A stretch of 12,780 bases of DNA from an uncultured Nitrososphaerota archaeon (GTDB lineage: Archaea; Thermoproteota; EX4484-205; JAAOZO01), in NCBI GenBank assembly GCA_964408285.1, contig CAYOYV010000022.1, forward strand, positions 1-12,780, read 5' to 3'. The stretch's first letter is position 1; each line of letters opens with the position of its first letter. Shown piece by piece: positions 7,500 to 12,780 of this stretch. The notes beneath the pieces are model-generated. The model was not told where the DNA came from and made no database searches. It saw nothing but the letters and a program-made list of their open reading frames with translations. The translations under genes and the position numbers were made by a program.

Positions 7500-8963
7500 A
7501 TGTTTCTGCTCACCAAAGAAAGCGATGAACTGGCGATTGTGTTCTCACCTGAGGAGAAGATCCGCATCGGAGACACCCTTCTTGTGGATGGAATAGTTGT
7601 TCAGGTCATGGACATGCAATTCGCGGACTTGCCCGGCGTGTTGGAGCACATCCTGAGGAAATCTCTCATTTCGAAGGCTGAAGTGAAGGAGGACATACAA
7701 CCTGAAGTCAGAAGCGTGATTGATCTCCTTACAGATCAGAAACTCGCTATAGCGAAGATCAGGGGCAGGATCATAGAGGAAGATGACCAGAAGGGTCAGA
7801 AAAAGAGGGTCTTCAAGACTGGACTCAGCGAGTTCAACCTAAGCAGGGCAAAAGCCGACATCAAACCCATGGATCAAAATCAACTCTTCGAGTCACTCGG
7901 GCTTCGATTCCAAGACTCCGTTGACCTCTGCAGAACTCTCTCAGTTGAGGCAAAGGGCTTCGACATTCTGGCCGAGCGACTTGGGATAAACCTGGTCACT
8001 GGAATGAAGGGATCCGGCAAGTCCTATTTCGCAAAGAGGCTCTTACTTAGGCTGATCGAGAGAGGGGTGCTGACTTTGGTTTTCGATCTGAACGGTGAAT
8101 ATATCAACCTATGGAAGGACACACTGGGAAAACCAAACGAATATGCGACGCGAATTCGAGTCATGACCCCATACATCAGGAAGGCCAGAATGAACGAGAT
8201 GCCTCTCTTGATCCCATTGAACGAGATCAGCTACGATGATTTCGCCCATTTCATGAGTGTGCAATCTGGAACTCCTTCATACCAATCTCTCGTACAGTTT
8301 TGGCTACAGAGAAAAGACACGATTTTCGATTTGAATGACCTAGAGGACTATTTGACTGTCCCCGACAATGTCAAGAACGAGGCCGTCAGGATAGCTCTCG
8401 AAGAAAGGGTCAAAACAGCCAAGGCTCTCGGGCTCTTCGGACCGTGCGACCTGCTAGGCACGATCAAAGGATTACAGGAAAGGGGCGGAGCACTGATCTT
8501 CAACCTTTCCCTAATTCGGCCTTGGGAGCGTGGCATAATAGTGGATTTCGTCCTTCGGAAGTTGTCGCAGTTGGGTCACTCAAAGGAAATAAGGGCGGTC
8601 TCTCTTTTCCTAGAAGAAGCCCAGCTATATATAAGTCAGGAGAACATGGTGAACGTCCTGACTAGAATGAGACATTTCGGGATATTCCCCACGTTCATAA
8701 CCAACGATCCCCGAACCCTTCCGGATGAAGTGTTCACATTGCTTGACAACTTGGTTGCCTTCATGTTCAGGAACGAAGACGAGCTGCGACATCTGACCAA
8801 GACCGGACTGACGGATGAGAGGACCGCATATGCACTGAAGAACCTTGAATCCAAGCAATGCCTTGTCGTAGGTAACGTTTCCTCCAATTATCCTGTGTTC
8901 GTGGAGGTCCGCCCACAATCGGAGGTAATGATGGGAGGGGAGACTAGGAAACTCATCGAATGA
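7500..8963 (+). CDS. herA: HerA/FtsK-superfamily ATPase (DUF87 / HerA helicase-translocase)
   Basis: Walker A GMKGSGKS (8001-8024), LVFDLNGEY (HerA 'DxxGEY'), Walker B LFLEEAQ and arginine-finger region RMRHFG. The N-terminus is beta-rich and HAS-barrel-like. Confidence 0.88.
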   Translation: MFLLTKESDELAIVFSPEEKIRIGDTLLVDGIVVQVMDMQFADLPGVLEHILRKSLISKAEVKEDIQPEVRSVIDLLTDQKLAIAKIRGRIIEEDDQKGQKKRVFKTGLSEFNLSRAKADIKPMDQNQLFESLGLRFQDSVDLCRTLSVEAKGFDILAERLGINLVTGMKGSGKSYFAKRLLLRLIERGVLTLVFDLNGEYINLWKDTLGKPNEYATRIRVMTPYIRKARMNEMPLLIPLNEISYDDFAHFMSVQSGTPSYQSLVQFWLQRKDTIFDLNDLEDYLTVPDNVKNEAVRIALEERVKTAKALGLFGPCDLLGTIKGLQERGGALIFNLSLIRPWERGIIVDFVLRKLSQLGHSKEIRAVSLFLEEAQLYISQENMVNVLTRMRHFGIFPTFITNDPRTLPDEVFTLLDNLVAFMFRNEDELRHLTKTGLTDERTAYALKNLESKQCLVVGNVSSNYPVFVEVRPQSEVMMGGETRKLIE

Positions 8964-8999
8964 ACTCAGGAGAAGAGAATGGCAGTATCTTGGCACAAT

Positions 9000-9078
9000 T
9001 GGTGGCGCGCGGTAAACGGGACTGAAAACAAAAGATCGCGGATTGGCATTGGGATTCTGGCTCAGCAACGCGCGCGCC
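9000..9078 (-). ncRNA. Candidate tRNA-like small RNA or degenerate tRNA (not a canonical tRNA)
   Basis: The minus strand reads GGCGCGCG-CGTTGCTGAGCCAG...TTCAGTCCCGTTTAC-CGCGCGCC-ACCA, giving a perfect 8-bp terminal stem with an ACCA tail. A BRE/TATA-like AAAAACCTTAAA lies at 9109-9098. No well-formed anticodon arm or T arm is present. Confidence 0.3.
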
Positions 9079-9097
9079 CCATCGCACTAGCATGCCG

Positions 9098-9112
9098 TTT
9101 AAGGTTTTTAAG
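9098..9112. promoter_or_regulatory. AT-rich, possibly bidirectional TATA region (TTTAAGGTTTTTAAG)
   Basis: On the plus strand, TTTTTAAG (9105-9112) is ~30 nt before TTG 9142. On the minus strand, AAAAACCTTAAA is ~20 nt before the tRNA-like stem. Confidence 0.45.
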
Positions 9113-9141
9113 CAAACACACTTATTTTTGGCCGCGTTCCA

Positions 9142-9636
9142 TTGAATGTATCGCTGAGGAACACCGGATCGCTGACCTTTCCCAAATATTGTCCTAGATG
9201 CATGAGGCCGAATCCAGAGCGGACATTCTCATTGAAATTCGAGAGTCCAACAATTGTCTCTACGGGATGGAAAACCGCGAAGGCGGTCGAGAAATGGACT
9301 CTCGATGCTCCGATATGTGACTCCTGTCATAATTCAAAGGTCAAGAGAACACTCATGCTATATGTCCCTATGGTCGTCGGCGTTCTCGTATTCGCTGCAT
9401 CTTTGGCGATATCTTTTTCGCTTTCCGCGGAAGATCCGCCGATATTCTTGGTGCTTGGTGGTTCACTTGCCGCTGCCGTGTTGTCATTCTATACATTGTT
9501 CCTGGTCCTAAAGAGGATGCCGAAAGCTCCTCTCGAGGTCATATCAGCGGGCCCTATCCATGTCATGCTTTGGTTCGAGAATGACCTATATGGCAGGATG
9601 TTCAGCGAGGCGAATAGGGATATTCTCTTGGCATAG
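9142..9636 (+). CDS. Hypothetical membrane protein with an N-terminal Zn-ribbon (CPRC...CDSC) and two TM helices
   Basis: 'FPKYCPRC' and 'APICDSC' form CxxC pairs. Hydrophobic segments are LMLYVPMVVGVLVFAASLAISFSL and IFLVLGGSLAAAVLSFYTLFLVL. The C-terminus reads 'WFENDLYGRMFSEAN'. Confidence 0.7.
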   Translation: MNVSLRNTGSLTFPKYCPRCMRPNPERTFSLKFESPTIVSTGWKTAKAVEKWTLDAPICDSCHNSKVKRTLMLYVPMVVGVLVFAASLAISFSLSAEDPPIFLVLGGSLAAAVLSFYTLFLVLKRMPKAPLEVISAGPIHVMLWFENDLYGRMFSEANRDILLA

Positions 9637-9802
9637 ACAATGCCCACGCGCCAGCTCTGAAGACTGGATCCGATGCAACGGGCAAGAAACAAGATTCATA
9701 AAACCATCCCATCTCAGGCGTATCCAAGATGCCTTCCGTTACTACGCGAGAGGACGCGGAACGAGCTCCGTTTGACAAACTCCAAGGGATGAAAGGAGCC
9801 CA

Positions 9803-10954
9803 ATGCTTCCTCTAGAGAGAACGATTGCGACCTTCGCCAGAGGCTCACTGGACAAGGTGGCTGTCCACCACATCAGCTTTTCCTCGAGAGCAGCTTCAGC
9901 CGTGCTCGGACGTGAAACATACGTCGGGGGAGGAGTACAACAGTGGAGAGAAGCGAGATCTCTCTGGGAGGGGAAAGAGGCTCACGAGAAATTCATTGAG
10001 AAAACACGACGAGATGCGATTGACCTTGCAAAAGCTACCGAACAGGATATCATAAGGTACGAGTATTGGCGAATGGAAACCAGACCCTACAAGATGATCG
10101 ACGTATACACGTTCATGTTTGGTGATCCGGGCGGGATCTGGGAAATAAGGCGTCTCGATCCGGAAACCGAGCTCTTCCAGATCGTGGGTGAAAGCGCTGG
10201 GAAGCATGAAACCTTTGAGGAGATAGAGGAATACGTTTCAGGCAAGGAGGATTCTCTCAGGGACTACAGACCTTCTGCTGAATATCTCGAGGAACTGGAA
10301 GCAATCATTCAGGAGCTGGGGGAAGAATATGCCATCAGAGTGAACGCCGGAGGGATAGGAATACCAACAGATTCAATGACTTGGCTTCGCGCGATTGTAC
10401 TGAAACCTGATCTGGTGTCTCGCCTGTTTGATGTCCAAGCTGAGACTGCAATGAGGTCTATGAAGCCTCTGAGGGAGATCGGAGCGAAACTGATATTTGG
10501 AGGGGGAGACTTGGCCTCAAATCATGGTCCGTTCTACTCTCCCGACTCCTTTCGCGAACTGATGCTTCCAAGGATAAAGAGAGTAGCGGAAGCCTGCCAT
10601 GAACATGGAATGCTGTACCTATTCGCGTCCGATGGGAATCTCTGGCCCATAGCCGATGACCTATTCGGCGAATCAGGAGTGGATGGATATTATGAAATAG
10701 ATAGAAGGGCAGGCATGGATTTGGGAATGCTCAGAGCCCGATTTCCAGAACTCACTCTATTGGGCAACATAAGCTCCCACACCCTCCATGAAGGTAGTCC
10801 AAAGGACGTAATATCGGAGACGAGATCATGCATCGACGAGGCCAAAAGAAATGGAGGGATAGTAGTCGGGATCTCGAACATCATTATACCTTCGACGCCG
10901 ATTGAGAACCTGCGTGCTATGCTTAGGACAATAATGGAATCCAGGAGAATGTAA
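9803..10954 (+). CDS. Uroporphyrinogen decarboxylase (URO-D)/MtaA-CmuA-fold family protein, function unknown
   Basis: Motifs GGGDLASNHGPFYSPDSFRELMLPRIKR, ASDGNL, GVDG, MDLGMLRARFPELTLLGNIS..TL..GSPKDV and TPIENLRAM are typical of URO-D-like proteins. An AGGAG RBS precedes ATG 9803. Confidence 0.85.
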   Translation: MLPLERTIATFARGSLDKVAVHHISFSSRAASAVLGRETYVGGGVQQWREARSLWEGKEAHEKFIEKTRRDAIDLAKATEQDIIRYEYWRMETRPYKMIDVYTFMFGDPGGIWEIRRLDPETELFQIVGESAGKHETFEEIEEYVSGKEDSLRDYRPSAEYLEELEAIIQELGEEYAIRVNAGGIGIPTDSMTWLRAIVLKPDLVSRLFDVQAETAMRSMKPLREIGAKLIFGGGDLASNHGPFYSPDSFRELMLPRIKRVAEACHEHGMLYLFASDGNLWPIADDLFGESGVDGYYEIDRRAGMDLGMLRARFPELTLLGNISSHTLHEGSPKDVISETRSCIDEAKRNGGIVVGISNIIIPSTPIENLRAMLRTIMESRRM

Positions 10955-11202
10955 GGTCCTTCTCTCACAGGAGGAAAGCGAGGAAGTGATGAAAACGGCC
11001 TTCCTATGGGACATTCACCTTCTTTACGGACATTGCTGTAAGAAGCCACACACACGCCCTTTGATCCGTTTCCCTGCAGATTGAGTCGGATTTCTCCTCA
11101 TTTTCTCTCATGTGAGGATTATCTCAGGATAACGCGCTTGTCCATCTCCTCTTTGCTCGAAACGCTTATGATGCCCCCTCAGATAAACGTCCAACAGAAA
11201 CC

Positions 11203-12009
11203 ATGAAGACCGTCGGGAAGGTCAAGGAGCCGCTGCACGGATACACCCAAGAGATAGGCTCGATATCCGTGAATCAGCTCAAGGTCATCGAGATCCAAAG
11301 GGGGCCCTCCAAGGCCCACATCAAACGGTTAGTGAACTCGATCAAGAAAATAGGCTTCGTCATACCGCTGATAGTCGTGAGAAGGGGAGAGGAGAATATC
11401 ATCATAGACGGACAACACAGATTTCTAGCAGCCAAGGAACTTGGGATAAGGGAACTGCCGGTAATAGTAATGCCTGACAAATACTCGCTCAACCTGATGG
11501 AATTGAATGTGGAGAAACAGATGTCATTGAGGGAAAGAACCCATGTCTCACTGAACGTCTATAGGATGTACCTAGATGAAAGCCCTATAATGAGTGAGGA
11601 TGATGGAAGGATAATGGATTCGATAGAGTTTGCCTACTATGTCACATTGGGCCTTGCATATGAGAAGAAGCCGAGAATTTTCGGGTCCGCGTATGAGTCG
11701 ATACTGAAGAAGATCGATGGATTTCTTTCCGTTCAGCTGATGGATGCCCTCAAGGAAAGGGAGAAAAGGGCTGGAACCATAGTGGAGTCAGACAATCTGG
11801 CAAGAGAGACCATAGCGAAGATCAAGGAACTGGGAATAGACCATCCGTTTCTATATAATCAAGTCATCTCATCCTGCACTCCGATGAAGAGAAAGAGGAA
11901 AGTCAAACAGACCTTCGAAGCCCTGTTCGAGGCCCTCCAAAAAAACCTGAAAGAATTGGCGGCGAATCCCGGGAAGATAAGATCTCGCGGAATTTCCGCA
12001 GGGTATTGA
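11203..12009 (+). CDS. ParB/Srx N-terminal domain protein (DGQHR-type), orphan
   Basis: 'KRLVNSIKKIGFVIPLIV...IIIDGQHRFLAAKELG..ELPVIV' is a ParB-N signature, followed by a helical C-terminal region. A possible promoter GAAACGCTTATG lies at 11159-11170. Confidence 0.8.
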   Translation: MKTVGKVKEPLHGYTQEIGSISVNQLKVIEIQRGPSKAHIKRLVNSIKKIGFVIPLIVVRRGEENIIIDGQHRFLAAKELGIRELPVIVMPDKYSLNLMELNVEKQMSLRERTHVSLNVYRMYLDESPIMSEDDGRIMDSIEFAYYVTLGLAYEKKPRIFGSAYESILKKIDGFLSVQLMDALKEREKRAGTIVESDNLARETIAKIKELGIDHPFLYNQVISSCTPMKRKRKVKQTFEALFEALQKNLKELAANPGKIRSRGISAGY

Positions 12010-12072
12010 TTGGGGCGCTTTCCTCGTAGAGACAAGGCTGATCGATACGAGTGTCACAAAAGTACCGATGAC

Positions 12073-12780
12073 TTACTCTTGGCGCTTCTCTGGTTCTTTC
12101 ACCAGAATTAGGACCATAAGGAATGTCGGAATCATAAACAACATCGATATGAGGAAGACGAGTTGAGGCGAGATGGAGTAGAGAATGCCGCCCGCTATTG
12201 AAGCTAGTGCCATGAAGATGTTAATGACAAAGCCAGTGAACCCCATAACCTTCCCGCGCTGTTCCCTAGGAACTAGGTCTGCTTGAAGGGATTCATGCGA
12301 TGACATTCCCAGGACCTGGGACAATCCGAATAAGATCATAGAAATCAATACCTTCAGGAAGTCTCCGAACAAGAACAGTAAGATCGAGGGCAGAACGATG
12401 GCATATGAAAGCATCAAAGGAAACTTCCTGCCAACCTTGTCAATGAGCTTGCCAGCAGGCAAGGCAGATACAATCATTGCCACAAAGAGGAAAATGAGTA
12501 GCAATGACCACTCTACCTCGGTTATCTTCAGAACCCCAATGGCGTAGACAACAATGAAGGGCATTATTACGGCGAAAGAAATAGTCCCGAGCAGTTGGAT
12601 GATGAAAAGGAAAAGCACTGATCTAGGCACAACCTGAAAGACGCGCACGCTCTCCTTGAAAGCGGTCGGATATGAGCTGAGGAATTCGCGAAGAGTTATG
12701 CTTGTTGGATTTTTCATCGTCTCTCTCAATCTGATCCTCAGGATTGCCGCCAAAAAAAATAGAGCAAAGACAACTAGGTA
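12073..12780 (-). CDS. Major facilitator superfamily transporter, C-terminal half (5'-truncated by the window edge)
   Basis: The frame is open to the window end (YLVVFALFFLAAILRIRL...). It has MFS motif A 'GKLIDKVGRK', 'ADLVPREQRGKVMG' and several TM helices. Confidence 0.9.
   Translation of the reverse strand, partial: YLVVFALFFLAAILRIRLRETMKNPTSITLREFLSSYPTAFKESVRVFQVVPRSVLFLFIIQLLGTISFAVIMPFIVVYAIGVLKITEVEWSLLLIFLFVAMIVSALPAGKLIDKVGRKFPLMLSYAIVLPSILLFLFGDFLKVLISMILFGLSQVLGMSSHESLQADLVPREQRGKVMGFTGFVINIFMALASIAGGILYSISPQLVFLISMLFMIPTFLMVLILVKEPEKRQE

Noticed and set aside
8979-9197. 72-aa plus-strand ORF after herA as a third operon gene
   Set aside because: It has an Arg/Trp-rich, non-domain-like composition, spans the TATA region and overlaps the better-supported 9142 ORF.
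9803-10954. Annotation as hemE or mtaA
   Set aside because: It lacks the HemE N-terminal RQAGR motif and the MtaA HxC Zn motif, so only a fold-level call is supported.
10989-11084. 31-codon ORF MKTAFLWDIHLLYGHCCKKPHTRPLIRFPAD with a purine-rich upstream sequence
   Set aside because: It is too short to support without homology or ribosome profiling, and no family is recognisable.
450-12057. Numerous 60-150 aa antisense or out-of-frame ORFs in the ORF track
   Set aside because: They are shadow ORFs overlapping well-supported genes and show no recognisable motifs.
1-12780. CRISPR array, IS element, integrase, rRNA or canonical tRNA
   Set aside because: I saw no regularly spaced 25-40 nt repeats, no transposase or recombinase ORF, no terminal inverted repeats and no complete cloverleaf with a GTTCRA T-loop.

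Overview
This 12.8 kb window looks like archaeal chromosome. Several genes have TATA-like boxes 22-36 nt before the start codon, which suggests leaderless or short-leader transcripts, and there is an AGGTGA Shine-Dalgarno. The gene mix resembles Candidatus Bathyarchaeia, but that assignment is inference. The left half is a carbohydrate cluster: a 5'-truncated GHL10/DUF187-like TIM-barrel glycosidase, a Cys-rich DUF6144/V4R-like protein, a divergent GH15-like (alpha/alpha)6 hydrolase and a GH36-like glycosidase with an altered DDGW motif. The middle is a separately promoted two-gene nurA-herA operon without mre11/rad50, whose HerA has non-canonical motifs. It is followed on the opposite strand by a ~80-nt tRNA-like element with an 8-bp GC acceptor-type stem, an ACCA end and its own BRE/TATA. 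The right half holds a Zn-ribbon membrane protein, a UroD/MtaA-fold protein lacking the usual Zn ligands, an orphan ParB/DGQHR-type protein and a convergent, 5'-truncated MFS transporter. I saw no CRISPR array, rRNA, canonical tRNA or transposase. All family calls come from motif recognition by eye, not from database searches.
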